From an uncultured Gammaproteobacteria bacterium (GTDB lineage: Bacteria; Patescibacteriota; Patescibacteriia; Magasanikbacterales; JBBTQS01): DNA of 64,000 nucleotides. Below are positions 10,200-19,667 of the stretch, in pieces (position 1 is the stretch's first letter; each line of letters opens with the position of its first letter). Made by a program: the position numbers and the translations under genes. The notes below the pieces were generated by a model that saw nothing but the letters and a program-made list of their open reading frames with translations, was not told where the DNA came from and did not search any database. The DNA lies in the NCBI GenBank assembly GCA_965230935.1, contig OZ246400.1, forward strand, positions 87,222-151,221, given 5' to 3'.

Positions 10200-10595
10200 A
10201 TGCATCCAACCACCGTTACCGGAGTGGTAACACAAGGACTTGGTGAGGGGGCGCAGTTGGGATATCCGACTGCGAATTTGTCCTACACACTCAAAGACGA
10301 TCAGTCGCTCTTGCCTGGAATTTATGCTGGGAAAGTTTTTTTTGAAGATGGCGGACAACAGCAAGAATATCATGGTGCTGTGGTGATTGGTGGTGACCAT
10401 AAAGAATCTACCCAGCCAAAGTTTGAGGTATATGTGATCAGCTATCACGGTGATCTGTATGGTAAGGAGTTGCGTGTGCACGTACTTGATAAAGTTCGCG
10501 ATATGCAACGCTTTGAAAGCACAGAAAAACTCATCGCACAGATCGAGGATGATTTACGAAAGATTGCAATGATTTTTGAGTCTCGAATTGACTAG
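10200..10595 (+). CDS. Riboflavin kinase (monofunctional, no FAD-synthetase domain)
   Basis: GxGxGxxLGYPTANL, PGIYAGKV and E...DLYGKELRVHVL motifs of the RibF C-terminal kinase domain. Only 131 aa. Confidence 0.7.
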   Translation: MHPTTVTGVVTQGLGEGAQLGYPTANLSYTLKDDQSLLPGIYAGKVFFEDGGQQQEYHGAVVIGGDHKESTQPKFEVYVISYHGDLYGKELRVHVLDKVRDMQRFESTEKLIAQIEDDLRKIAMIFESRID

Positions 10596-10596
10596 T

Positions 10597-11226
10597 ATGT
10601 TTACCGGAATCGTTGCTGGATTAGCACCAATTGAAGCAATAGAAGAAAAGTCCGGATTGATGCGTTTTGGCATGCGGATGTCTTCACAACTCGCGCATGG
10701 TCTTGAGCGCGGAGCAAGTGTTGCACTTGATGGGGTGTGCTTAACCGCACTTGAACAACAGGATGGATTGGTATTTTTTGAGGCGATGGGAGAAACGCTT
10801 TCGCGAACTACATTGGGCACTGCTGCAGTTGGTCGTCAAATTAATATCGAGCGATCACACACTGCTGATGCTGAGATTGGTGGACATGTTGTCTCCGGCC
10901 ATGTTGACGGCAAGGCAAAAATTGTTACCATTGATCAGCCAGAGAATAACTATGTCATTACGTTTAGTGCACCTGCAGCGTTGATGAAGTATGTCTTTAC
11001 CAAAGGATTTATTGCGCTTGATGGGGCAAGTTTGACCGTTGTTGATGTTGATTATAGTGCTTCCACATTCACCGTTTGGTTTATCCCGGAGACATTGCGT
11101 GTGACTACCTTTGGTATAAAACAAGTGGGGGATGAGGTAAATATTGAAGTGGAATCAAATACACGTGTGTTGGTTGAAACTGTTGAGCGACTCTTGCCAA
11201 CATTACTTGAACAGCAAAAGAAATAG
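10597..11226 (+). CDS. ribE: Riboflavin synthase alpha subunit
   Basis: Canonical MFTGIV start and a duplicated lumazine-binding half-domain architecture. The start was chosen at the MFTGIV Met, just after the upstream stop. Confidence 0.75.
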   Translation: MFTGIVAGLAPIEAIEEKSGLMRFGMRMSSQLAHGLERGASVALDGVCLTALEQQDGLVFFEAMGETLSRTTLGTAAVGRQINIERSHTADAEIGGHVVSGHVDGKAKIVTIDQPENNYVITFSAPAALMKYVFTKGFIALDGASLTVVDVDYSASTFTVWFIPETLRVTTFGIKQVGDEVNIEVESNTRVLVETVERLLPTLLEQQKK

Positions 11227-11227
11227 T

Positions 11228-11683
11228 ATGAACACTCCTCCGACAACATCAAAAAGGATTGTACTGGTGATCGGCGCATATCATGAAAAAGAAGCGCAGG
11301 AGATGCGTGATGAAGTGATGCAAACAGCAGCCCAATATTCTATCGAAATTATTGACGAGATTTGGGTGCATGGCTCACTGGAAAAACCATTAGCACTCAA
11401 GCGCGCACTCATGCGGGATGACGTGGATGGCGCAGTGGCGCTTGGAATTATTGAACGAGGTCAGACTAAGCACGGCTTGGTTATGGGGCAAGCTGTGATC
11501 AAATCGATTATTGATTTACAATTAGCGATCGACAAGCCGATCGGTGTTGGTATTTTAGGTCCGGAGATTTTGCAGGATCAAATTGCGCCACGTGTGCGGC
11601 CGTATGCGCGTCAGGCGCTTATTGCTACGGCGATGATGTTGGGGGTATGTTCAGCAGATCCTGCCAAATCAAAGCGTGATTAG
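11228..11683 (+). CDS. ribH: 6,7-dimethyl-8-ribityllumazine synthase (divergent)
   Basis: About 150 aa with a conserved core (VALGIIERGQTKHG) and position directly after ribE. The start was chosen at MNTPP after the ribE stop. Assignment is by context plus a weak motif. Confidence 0.55.
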   Translation: MNTPPTTSKRIVLVIGAYHEKEAQEMRDEVMQTAAQYSIEIIDEIWVHGSLEKPLALKRALMRDDVDGAVALGIIERGQTKHGLVMGQAVIKSIIDLQLAIDKPIGVGILGPEILQDQIAPRVRPYARQALIATAMMLGVCSADPAKSKRD

Positions 11684-12588
11684 TCGAGAAGCGCTTCCCA
11701 TTTTGGATTGGTCACAACCTCGAGTTCCAAATAAACTTTTTTATTGATCGGTTGTTCCAGCTCTTTGCGCGCCATTTGGCCGACCTGTTTAATCTTATGT
11801 GCTCGTTTGCCGATGAGCATTTTTTTATATCGATCAGCAGTGGTAATAATTTTGGCGTTGATGACCATGACATCAGGCTTATCCTCGATATTGGTAACTT
11901 CAACCGTGGTTGAGTAGGGAACTTCTTTTTCCATTGCCAAGAAGATTTTTTCTCGAATAATTTCCGCGACCCAGAATGATTGGTTTACATTGGTGATCTG
12001 GTTTTCAGGATAGGGGAGTTGTTCCCGTGGAATTTCCGGCAACACCTCAAGTACCGCCTGTTTGAGTGGGGTGATATGCCGTGCACGTAATGCTGAGAGT
12101 TCGATCACGGTGGTAAATCCTTCTTCTTGCGCTAAGAATCGGTAGTCATCAAGATATCGTCGATTTTTTTCTGGAAGATCAATTTTATTGATTACAAAAA
12201 TTTTTGGAATGTCTACTTTACGAATGAGTGAAATCGTAAAACGTTCTTCGTCCCCAATCTCACGAGTGGGATCAGCAACATATACCAAACAGTCGATGTC
12301 TTGAAGTGATCGTTTGACTCGTTCAAGCAGTTTTCCAGAAAGTACACTATGCTTTTCCTGCAGTACTCCAGGGGTATCCACAAAGACAATTTGTCCCAAA
12401 GGATCGTTTACCACGCCATGAATCACATCTCGAGTGGTCTGTGGTTTATTGGTCACACTGGCAATTTTTGTCCCAACTAAGGTGTTCAAAAGTGTGGATT
12501 TTCCAACATTTGAACGCCCTAACAAGACCACAAAGCCGCTTTTGACCGTAGTTGAATCAGGGGTTGATTGAGGGGTAGTTGCGCTCAT
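11680..12588 (-). CDS. era: GTPase Era
   Basis: G1 motif GRSNVGKST and the DTPG motif, with a C-terminal KH domain. Length 302 aa. Confidence 0.85.
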   Translation of the reverse strand: MSATTPQSTPDSTTVKSGFVVLLGRSNVGKSTLLNTLVGTKIASVTNKPQTTRDVIHGVVNDPLGQIVFVDTPGVLQEKHSVLSGKLLERVKRSLQDIDCLVYVADPTREIGDEERFTISLIRKVDIPKIFVINKIDLPEKNRRYLDDYRFLAQEEGFTTVIELSALRARHITPLKQAVLEVLPEIPREQLPYPENQITNVNQSFWVAEIIREKIFLAMEKEVPYSTTVEVTNIEDKPDVMVINAKIITTADRYKKMLIGKRAHKIKQVGQMARKELEQPINKKVYLELEVVTNPKWEALLD

Positions 12589-12627
12589 AACAGGCCTAGT
12601 GTACTCTAAAAATAGAGATTCGTCAAT

Positions 12628-13074
12628 ATGAAAGTGGTATTTTTACAGGACGTTAAAGGAGTGGCGAAACAAGGAGAGGTTAAAGAGGTTGCCGATGGGT
12701 ATGCTCAGAATTTTTTGCTTCCAAAAAAACTTGCCGCAATTGCAAGTGAATCTGCGATTAAGGAGCTGCAACGCGTGGCAGAGCAACGTCGTCGTGATTC
12801 AGAAAAGGAACTCCATAAGACCCAAGAACTTGCTGGTAAATTAGATGGACAAGAGGTGGTAATCGCGGTTAAGACTAATGCTGATGGGTTGCCATATGCC
12901 GCAATTCGAGAAGCGCAGATTGTCACGGCGCTCAAAAAACAAGGATACCAGATAAGTAAATCGCAAGTGGTGCTTGCCGAACCGATTAAAGAGGTCGGCA
13001 CGTTCGACGTGTCGCTCAAGTTCGATCACGGACTTGAAGCACAGATCCAGATCATTATCGAAGAATCCCCCTAA
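12628..13074 (+). CDS. rplI: 50S ribosomal protein L9
   Basis: MKVVFLQDVKG...GEVKEVADGYARNFL-type N-terminus and a 148 aa length. Confidence 0.85.
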   Translation: MKVVFLQDVKGVAKQGEVKEVADGYAQNFLLPKKLAAIASESAIKELQRVAEQRRRDSEKELHKTQELAGKLDGQEVVIAVKTNADGLPYAAIREAQIVTALKKQGYQISKSQVVLAEPIKEVGTFDVSLKFDHGLEAQIQIIIEESP

Positions 13075-13136
13075 GTCAGAGGGGTTTTTTGATACGGCTA
13101 TTTCTGCTATACTGGTGTCGGTTTTAGTTTTATATT

Positions 13137-14780
13137 ATGCCTACAAAACGTAATCGTAAGTTTATATTTGTTGTTGGGGGCGTTATGTCCTCTGTTGGAA
13201 AAGGAATCACCTCAGCGAGTGTGGGGCGGATTTTACAAGACAAGGGGTATCGGGTTACTGCAGTGAAAGCTGATCCGTACATCAACCTTGATGCCGGTAC
13301 CATGAATCCAACTGAGCATGGCGAAGTATTTGTGACTGATGATGGTGATGAGACTGATCAAGACATGGGAAACTACGAGCGATTTTTAGAAACGAATTTG
13401 ACCTCGACTAATTACATGACTACTGGTCGAGTGTATGAGACCGTAATTCATAAAGAACGCAACTTAGAGTATAAAGGCAAATGTGTTGAAGTGGTGCCAC
13501 ATATTCCAGAAGAGATTATTCGTCGTATTACCACTGCCGCCCGTCGAGCAAAAGCAGATGTTACGATTATTGAGATTGGGGGTACCGTGGGGGAGTATCA
13601 AAACCTCCTCTTTCTTGAGGCGGCACGTGAGATGAAGTTGCAAAATCCAGATGATGTCACGTTTATGTTGGTGAGTTACTTGCCAATTCCAGGGACGGTG
13701 GGCGAGATGAAAACCAAACCAACGCAACACGCATGTCGCACGCTTAACTCAACTGGAATCAATCCGGATTTTGTGATTTGTCGCTCTGAGCGTGAGATTG
13801 ATAAACCGCGTCGATATAAGATATCAAGGGCATGTGCGGTTCGTCCGCGAAATGTTATTTCTGCTCCTGATGTTTCATCAGTATATGAAATACCAGTGCT
13901 GCTTGAAAAAGAAAAGGTAGGGGACAAGCTCTGCGATGTGTTGAGTTTGTCAAAGCGCAAAACCAAGATGGACGATTGGAAAAAGTTCTTTACCAAGATT
14001 AAAAAGGCAGAAACCGGGAAAAAGCGGGTAAAAGTAGCAGTAGTTGGGAAATATTTTGGCACCGGTGCCTTTACCTTAGCTGATTCGTATATTTCGGTGA
14101 TTGAAGCAATCAAACATGCGGCATGGGCACATACGGCCAAACCGGAGTTGACTTGGGTGGATTCAGAGGAGTTTGAGCAAGATCCAAAATCAGTACGAAT
14201 GCTTTCTAAATTTGATGGAGTAATTGTGCCAGGTGGGTTTGGTACGCGTGGTATCGAGGGAATTATCACAGCGATTAAATATGCGCGTGAAAAAAAGATT
14301 CCATATTTTGGATTGTGCTATGGAATGCAATTGGCGTGTATTGAATATGCACGGCACGTGGCTAAACTGAAACAATCGCATACGCAAGAGGTTGATGAAG
14401 CAACATCTGAGCCAATCATTATTATCAATCCTCATCAGCAAAAAAATGTAAAAAATAATCGCTATGGAGGGACGATGCGTTTGGGAGCATATGATTGTAC
14501 CCTGAGTAAGGGTACCAAAGCATACCGTGCGTACAAAAAAGCAAAGATTTCAGAGCGTCATCGTCATCGCTATGAGTTTAACAATGACTATAGAAAAGCG
14601 CTTGAGAAGGCGGGATTGGTCTTTTCTGGAGTAAATACAAAACAGAATCTAGTAGAGATTATTGAGGTGAAAGATCATCCGTGGATGGTCGGGGTGCAGT
14701 TTCATCCTGAGTTTAAATCTCGTCCACTTACCCCACATCCGTTGTTTAATGATTTTGTAGAAGCGTGTTTGAAGGGGTAA
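13137..14780 (+). CDS. pyrG: CTP synthase
   Basis: N-terminal FVVGGVMSSVGKGITSAS and a C-terminal glutamine amidotransferase domain (GLCYGMQ). Length 547 aa. Confidence 0.9.
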   Translation: MPTKRNRKFIFVVGGVMSSVGKGITSASVGRILQDKGYRVTAVKADPYINLDAGTMNPTEHGEVFVTDDGDETDQDMGNYERFLETNLTSTNYMTTGRVYETVIHKERNLEYKGKCVEVVPHIPEEIIRRITTAARRAKADVTIIEIGGTVGEYQNLLFLEAAREMKLQNPDDVTFMLVSYLPIPGTVGEMKTKPTQHACRTLNSTGINPDFVICRSEREIDKPRRYKISRACAVRPRNVISAPDVSSVYEIPVLLEKEKVGDKLCDVLSLSKRKTKMDDWKKFFTKIKKAETGKKRVKVAVVGKYFGTGAFTLADSYISVIEAIKHAAWAHTAKPELTWVDSEEFEQDPKSVRMLSKFDGVIVPGGFGTRGIEGIITAIKYAREKKIPYFGLCYGMQLACIEYARHVAKLKQSHTQEVDEATSEPIIIINPHQQKNVKNNRYGGTMRLGAYDCTLSKGTKAYRAYKKAKISERHRHRYEFNNDYRKALEKAGLVFSGVNTKQNLVEIIEVKDHPWMVGVQFHPEFKSRPLTPHPLFNDFVEACLKG

Positions 14781-14790
14781 AAGTAGCGGT

Positions 14791-15345
14791 ATGTACTTGT
14801 CTGACAAGAGCATCCAAGAATATATTCAATTAGGCAAAATCATCATTCAACCTGAGTATAATCTTGATGATATACAGGCCGCAGGTATTCGAGTCCATCT
14901 TGACGATAAGGTACTTGTTCCAAAACCTGATCAGACTATCGATTTACAACATCCGTCAAATATAGAATACGACGAGCATTCTCTAAAAGAACAACCATAC
15001 ACCATCACTCCAGGAAAATTTATTCTCGCGTCAACCATTGAGCGTGTACAACTCGATCGTTCATTAGTCGGATTCATCGACGGCAGATCAACAATGGCAC
15101 GACTCGGACTTACCATGCATCTCTCGTCGACTATTATAGATGGCAATTATACTGAACCAAGAGCTACTACATTAGAGATAAAAAATTTGGGTAACTTTTC
15201 AATAGTGCTCAATTACAAAGATCCGGTTGGGATGATGGCCTTTGCGCAAATGAAAGATTTGGTAGCGCAGGATCCTCGTAGTCAATATCAAGGACAAGAC
15301 GGTGCTACACCTCCGAATTTGATAGATTCAAAACCCCAGGCCTAG
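14791..15345 (+). CDS. dcd: dCTP deaminase
   Basis: MYLSDKSI...IQP start and dUTPase-fold motifs. Length 184 aa. Confidence 0.75.
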   Translation: MYLSDKSIQEYIQLGKIIIQPEYNLDDIQAAGIRVHLDDKVLVPKPDQTIDLQHPSNIEYDEHSLKEQPYTITPGKFILASTIERVQLDRSLVGFIDGRSTMARLGLTMHLSSTIIDGNYTEPRATTLEIKNLGNFSIVLNYKDPVGMMAFAQMKDLVAQDPRSQYQGQDGATPPNLIDSKPQA

Positions 15346-15378
15346 GCCTGGGGTTTTGTCATCCCTTTGCGAGATATC

Positions 15379-17136
15379 TTATTCAGCGAGTGGATTCCCG
15401 TTTTCATCTACTGGATTCCCATCCTCATCATGAGGGTGGTCATACTCATCTTCTGAGTATGGGTCGTGCTCTGGGTCATAGTCATCATACGCTTTGTCAT
15501 GGTTTGGATCGTATTCACCAAACTCATCATCATGACGACGACGATCCTGCTCATCTGGTCCATCATATCCATCCTCTTCGTCATAGTAGTCACCCTCATA
15601 ATCATCATCAATTGGATATCCGCCTTCTTCAAGCATGCGATCACGCTGCTCATGCCATTGCTCACACAACTCATCACATGGGCGGTCAAAGGCATCCCAA
15701 ATTGGGTCGTCCGGACCGGGACAGTCCTTTTCACCAATACAATCTACTTCACCGTCACCATCTTTATCGTATTGTGCTTTGAGTGCTTCAAACTCTTCAT
15801 CAACTTGATGTTCACCGTAGTAGTATGGATCATCTTTTTCAAAATCGTAGTCCTCTGGATATTCTGGGAAATCAAATCGTGGTGCATCGTCATCATCTCC
15901 ACCTTCATTGTAACGGTACTCACCAACCGGTAGAATGCTTTGCTCAAATTCAGCTTTATCATACCGATTCCATGAACCATCCTCATAACATTCTACAGTA
16001 TTCTCATCTTCATATAGAGAGTGGCATTCGCCCTCAATTGCCCATGGATCAACAAAGTTTTCTCCTTCGTGATTTTCATCTTCGCCGTAGCGATCATCAT
16101 ACATGTCACTTTCAATCCACGGACCATCGTACTCGAGTTCTTCGTATGCAGTACCTTCACCAAAGTGCGCTTCCATGCGGTCCATGAGCTCGTGGATATC
16201 TGGCAATGATGGATCATCAATTACTGCAAACACCGCATCAAGATTCACTGATGGTTTGTTCAGCTCTGCTTCAACACGTGTAATTGCAGCAGTAATTTTA
16301 GCTACTTGCGCCTCAAGTTCTGCCAAGAAAGAACGCGTATCTGCTTTGGCATGCTGTTTACCAAATGCAATGGCTTGGGTCAACATGCGTACATGTTCTT
16401 TCGCTTCACGAGCTTCTTCAGTAATCTCTTTTTCCATTGCAAATCCAAGGCTATCATCTGTTGGATTTTGCGCCAGTGCATCACCCATGAGCGCTAACAT
16501 TTCACTGTTATTGTCTCGCGCATGATCAATAGCGTCTTGTAGTACATCGAGTAAATCATCGCGATGTTCTTGTGGCACGGTTTGAAGCGCATCGATAAAC
16601 GCATCTTCAAACTCATCAGCACGAAGTGCTAATCGAACAGCGGCTTCGCGGTCTTGTGAATAAATGTCATCTCGAATAGTTTCCACCGAAGCAATTGCTT
16701 CATCAAGACCGGCTTTGGTCTTTTTCGCAAGCTCAGGGGTAATCTCCTCTTGTGAAATCAATGCCTCAAGTTCTTCGCGGCGACGTTGAGCGTACTTCAG
16801 CTCAAGTGCTGCCTTATCCTCAAGGTCTGGTTCAATAAATACTCGCACTTCCTCTGACGCGGTTTTTACCGGATACAGAAAATCATTCGGAAGCGCATCT
16901 TGTGATGCGTAGGTTACTCCGCCTCCGGCTGAAAGCAGAACAACTACAGCAATAAGTGCTGCTGTCATAGGTTTTTGGGTTAGCATGAGTAATTGAGCAA
17001 ACATGCTCGGTGTATGAGTTGCAGATTCCGTCACCGGATGTTGCGCCATAAACTGCACAAGATCTTTTCGAATCTGTGTTTTGCGAGTACGGGACAACCC
17101 CTCTTTTTTAATGCGATCAAACGGATTGGTTTTCAT
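15379..17136 (-). CDS. Putative membrane anti-sigma factor with a hyper-acidic Asp/Glu/Tyr-rich C-terminal tail
   Basis: It sits immediately downstream of the ECF sigma gene and overlaps it by 20 nt. A short cytoplasmic N-terminus is followed by one TM helix (AALIAVVVLLSAGGGV), a coiled-coil region, and then about 250 aa of D/E/Y/P-rich low complexity with paired Cys and DxDxDG-like motifs. Confidence 0.55.
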   Translation of the reverse strand: MKTNPFDRIKKEGLSRTRKTQIRKDLVQFMAQHPVTESATHTPSMFAQLLMLTQKPMTAALIAVVVLLSAGGGVTYASQDALPNDFLYPVKTASEEVRVFIEPDLEDKAALELKYAQRRREELEALISQEEITPELAKKTKAGLDEAIASVETIRDDIYSQDREAAVRLALRADEFEDAFIDALQTVPQEHRDDLLDVLQDAIDHARDNNSEMLALMGDALAQNPTDDSLGFAMEKEITEEAREAKEHVRMLTQAIAFGKQHAKADTRSFLAELEAQVAKITAAITRVEAELNKPSVNLDAVFAVIDDPSLPDIHELMDRMEAHFGEGTAYEELEYDGPWIESDMYDDRYGEDENHEGENFVDPWAIEGECHSLYEDENTVECYEDGSWNRYDKAEFEQSILPVGEYRYNEGGDDDDAPRFDFPEYPEDYDFEKDDPYYYGEHQVDEEFEALKAQYDKDGDGEVDCIGEKDCPGPDDPIWDAFDRPCDELCEQWHEQRDRMLEEGGYPIDDDYEGDYYDEEDGYDGPDEQDRRRHDDEFGEYDPNHDKAYDDYDPEHDPYSEDEYDHPHDEDGNPVDENGNPLAE

Positions 17137-17650
17137 ACGATGATTTAAGAGCCTTTAGGCTACGATGGATTTTGACCGATACAGCATTCGGATTACTATC
17201 CAGGATCTGAGCAATTTCTTTGATACTCATCTCCTCGGTAAAGCGTAAGTGGATGATTTCGGCGTATTGTGGGGCGAGTGTATTCATGAGTTCCTTAAGA
17301 CGTTTGGTTGAGAGTGCAATATCAATGGACTGCTCAAGTGGTGTGTTGTCTGGGATTCTCTCAAGTATTTCGTCCTCAACGCCAATCTCGTATTTTTGTT
17401 TGCCGCTTCGCGCATAATCTATTGCAAGATTGCGTGCGGTGCGGTAACAAAAGGCTTGCAAATGCTCGATCTCCCCCTTTCGAGTAATTGCCAGCCACAC
17501 ATTGCAAAACGTTTGCGCAAGAAGATCCTCGGCAACTGCCTTGTTTTGCTTTACGCGGTAGAATAGAAATCGAAAGAGCGCATCGGCATATTGGTCATAA
17601 GCATGCAAAAAGTGCTTATGTAATTGTTGAGTTTTTCGATCCATTGCCAT
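17117..17650 (-). CDS. ECF-type RNA polymerase sigma factor (sigma-70 family)
   Basis: Region 2 (FLFYRVKQNKAVAEDLLAQTF) and region 4 (MSIKEIAQILDSNPNAVSVKIHR) signatures. Length 177 aa. Confidence 0.8.
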   Translation of the reverse strand: MAMDRKTQQLHKHFLHAYDQYADALFRFLFYRVKQNKAVAEDLLAQTFCNVWLAITRKGEIEHLQAFCYRTARNLAIDYARSGKQKYEIGVEDEILERIPDNTPLEQSIDIALSTKRLKELMNTLAPQYAEIIHLRFTEEMSIKEIAQILDSNPNAVSVKIHRSLKALKSSYENQSV

Positions 17651-17724
17651 GGCTTCACTGTATATAACGGGGGAGTATCAAAAAGCTTACAGTTGACAGT
17701 GTATCTTGATTTTTGTCTTTTTCC

Positions 17725-17750
17725 AAATAAAAAACCGCCTTTCGGCGGTC
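17725..17750 (-). terminator. Intrinsic terminator downstream of rpmA
   Basis: On the minus strand: gaccgccgaaaggcggt followed by a U-run. Confidence 0.6.
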
Positions 17751-17764
17751 TTTGCGCGTAATAC

Positions 17765-18124
17765 TTATGATTTTTCCACTTTTACTTTTGTCTTGGTAGG
17801 AGCAGCCTTTGCGGTGGGTTTTTCAGCAGCTTTCTTGGTTTTTGGCGCCTCAGGGTCTACATTTACGTATTTAGCGGTTTTAAGGCTTCCGTCAAAAGTT
17901 CGGCGTTTTTTGGTACTAAAGTTGACGACTCCGTCAGCAGTAGCAAAAATTGTATAATCATTGCCCAGCATTACATTGCGACCAGGATGAAACTTGGTGC
18001 CGCGTTGGCGAACAATAATATTCCCGGCAATTGCTTTTTGTCCACCAAAAAGCTTGACACCCAGGCGCTGTGCATTTGAATCTTTTAAGTTTTTAACTGA
18101 ACCTCCTTGTTTCTTATGTGCCAT
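17765..18124 (-). CDS. rpmA: 50S ribosomal protein L27 with a Lys/Ala/Pro/Thr-rich C-terminal extension
   Basis: [29 protein letters not shown]... is the canonical L27 N-terminus. An extra tail of about 35 aa reads [25 protein letters not shown]. Confidence 0.85.
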   Translation of the reverse strand: MAHKKQGGSVKNLKDSNAQRLGVKLFGGQKAIAGNIIVRQRGTKFHPGRNVMLGNDYTIFATADGVVNFSTKKRRTFDGSLKTAKYVNVDPEAPKTKKAAEKPTAKAAPTKTKVKVEKS

Positions 18125-18156
18125 AACAGACAAGTTTGATAGATTTGAGTGGCTAT

Positions 18157-18185
18157 AGTATAGTATGAACGTTATTCGTTGTCAA
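18157..18185 (-). promoter_or_regulatory. Sigma70-like promoter upstream of rpmA
   Basis: Minus strand TTGACA, a 17-bp spacer, then TATACT. Confidence 0.5.
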
Positions 18186-18230
18186 TATCTGGCAAAAATG
18201 AGCTAAATTTCCTGTTTTACTGACCTCCTT

Positions 18231-18581
18231 ATGTATCCTTTGCGCAACTTTTTTGGCGATCGGCTGGTCAGTATTTTTGTCGCAGTTCAGCTCGGTGCCG
18301 TGCTGATTCTCTGGTTAATTGCCGCAAGTTTTGTCCGTCCGCAAGATGCGCAAGCGCTCCTACATTATACCGTCGATTTCGGGGTGAACTTTTCAGGGCC
18401 ATGGAGTTATATTTATCGCATTCCACTCATTGGCTTGGTAATCGTCGGCGTAAATATGGTACTAGCATATTTACTGTTTTATATCGAGCGTGTATATACG
18501 TATGTGTTGTTGGCCGGCGCAAGTGGTGTAATGGGAATTTTGATTATTGATCTTATCGTGCTGTATTTACTGAACTCATAA
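18231..18581 (+). CDS. Small hypothetical membrane protein
   Basis: Three or four predicted TM helices. No obvious Shine-Dalgarno sequence. Confidence 0.4.
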   Translation: MYPLRNFFGDRLVSIFVAVQLGAVLILWLIAASFVRPQDAQALLHYTVDFGVNFSGPWSYIYRIPLIGLVIVGVNMVLAYLLFYIERVYTYVLLAGASGVMGILIIDLIVLYLLNS

Positions 18582-18585
18582 TGGT

Positions 18586-19662
18586 ATGGAATATCAAGGA
18601 TATACTACGCTGCTGACAATGTTTATTCTGGGGACACTCAGTTTTTTGTTTGCGCTTGCTTGGACACCACTCCTTTCTCGGTTATTGATTAAATACAAAT
18701 GTTGGAAAAAACGTGTTCGTACGGTGGCGCCAGATGGTTCATCCACTAAGATTTTTGCCAAACTCCACAAAGACAAAGAGGTGAGCACCCCACGCATGGC
18801 AGGGATATTGATTTGGGGAACCGTGACGTTTATTACGTTGTTTTTTGCCATGCTTGATGCGGCAACTGATTGGACATGGGTCGAACCGCTTAACTTTTTA
18901 AGTCGGTCGCAAACCTGGATTCCATTGTTTACCTTAGTCTCCGCGTCAATCCTTGGTTTTTTTGATGACTTGTTTGTTATTCAAAAAAAAGGGGATGGAG
19001 CTAAAGGTGGGGGAATCACGTTTCGTCGCCGGTTGATTTTGGTGATCTTGATTGGGTTGGTTGGTGCATACTGGTTTTTCTTTAAGTTAGGATGGAACAG
19101 TATTTATGTGCCATTTTTGGGCGAGCTCTTTATTGGGTGGTGGTACATTCCAATTTTTGTAACCGTGGTACTTGGGGTATTTAGCACCAGTGTAGTTGAT
19201 GGTCTGGATGGTCTTGCTGGAGGATTATTTACCATGATGTTTGCTGCATATGCAGTTTTGGCATTCATGCGTGACCAAAACGATCTTGCGATCTTTTGTG
19301 CCGTAGTCGCTGGTGCGATCTTGGCGTTTTTGTGGTTTAACATTCCGCCCGCCAGATTTTACATGGGTGAGACCGGTATTCTTGGGTTGACTAGCACGTT
19401 AGCGGTGGTTGCCTTTTTTACTGATGCGGTGTTGTTGCTGCCAATCATTGGATCGATTTTGGTTTTAGAGGCTGCCTCAGTAATTATCCAACTGAGTTCA
19501 AAAAAGATTCGCAAGAAAAAAGTATTTTTAGTAGCCCCGATCCATCATCATTTTGAAGCCAAAGGCTGGCCCGCGCACCAGGTGACCATGCGATTTTGGC
19601 TTATTGGTGGGATGAGTGCGCTGTTGGGAATTATTATCGCCATGCTTGACGTGCGCTTTTAA
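18586..19662 (+). CDS. mraY: Phospho-N-acetylmuramoyl-pentapeptide transferase
   Basis: DDxxD, VDGLDGLAGG and PIHHHFE motifs of MraY. About 10 TM segments. Confidence 0.8.
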   Translation: MEYQGYTTLLTMFILGTLSFLFALAWTPLLSRLLIKYKCWKKRVRTVAPDGSSTKIFAKLHKDKEVSTPRMAGILIWGTVTFITLFFAMLDAATDWTWVEPLNFLSRSQTWIPLFTLVSASILGFFDDLFVIQKKGDGAKGGGITFRRRLILVILIGLVGAYWFFFKLGWNSIYVPFLGELFIGWWYIPIFVTVVLGVFSTSVVDGLDGLAGGLFTMMFAAYAVLAFMRDQNDLAIFCAVVAGAILAFLWFNIPPARFYMGETGILGLTSTLAVVAFFTDAVLLLPIIGSILVLEAASVIIQLSSKKIRKKKVFLVAPIHHHFEAKGWPAHQVTMRFWLIGGMSALLGIIIAMLDVRF

Positions 19663-19667
19663 TATCT

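Noticed and set aside
15390-16525. Several plus-strand ORFs (His/Thr-rich, Ile-rich) overlapping the anti-sigma-like gene
   Set aside because: These are low-complexity mirror-frame translations of the Asp/Glu/Tyr-rich coding repeat on the minus strand. They have no independent start signals.
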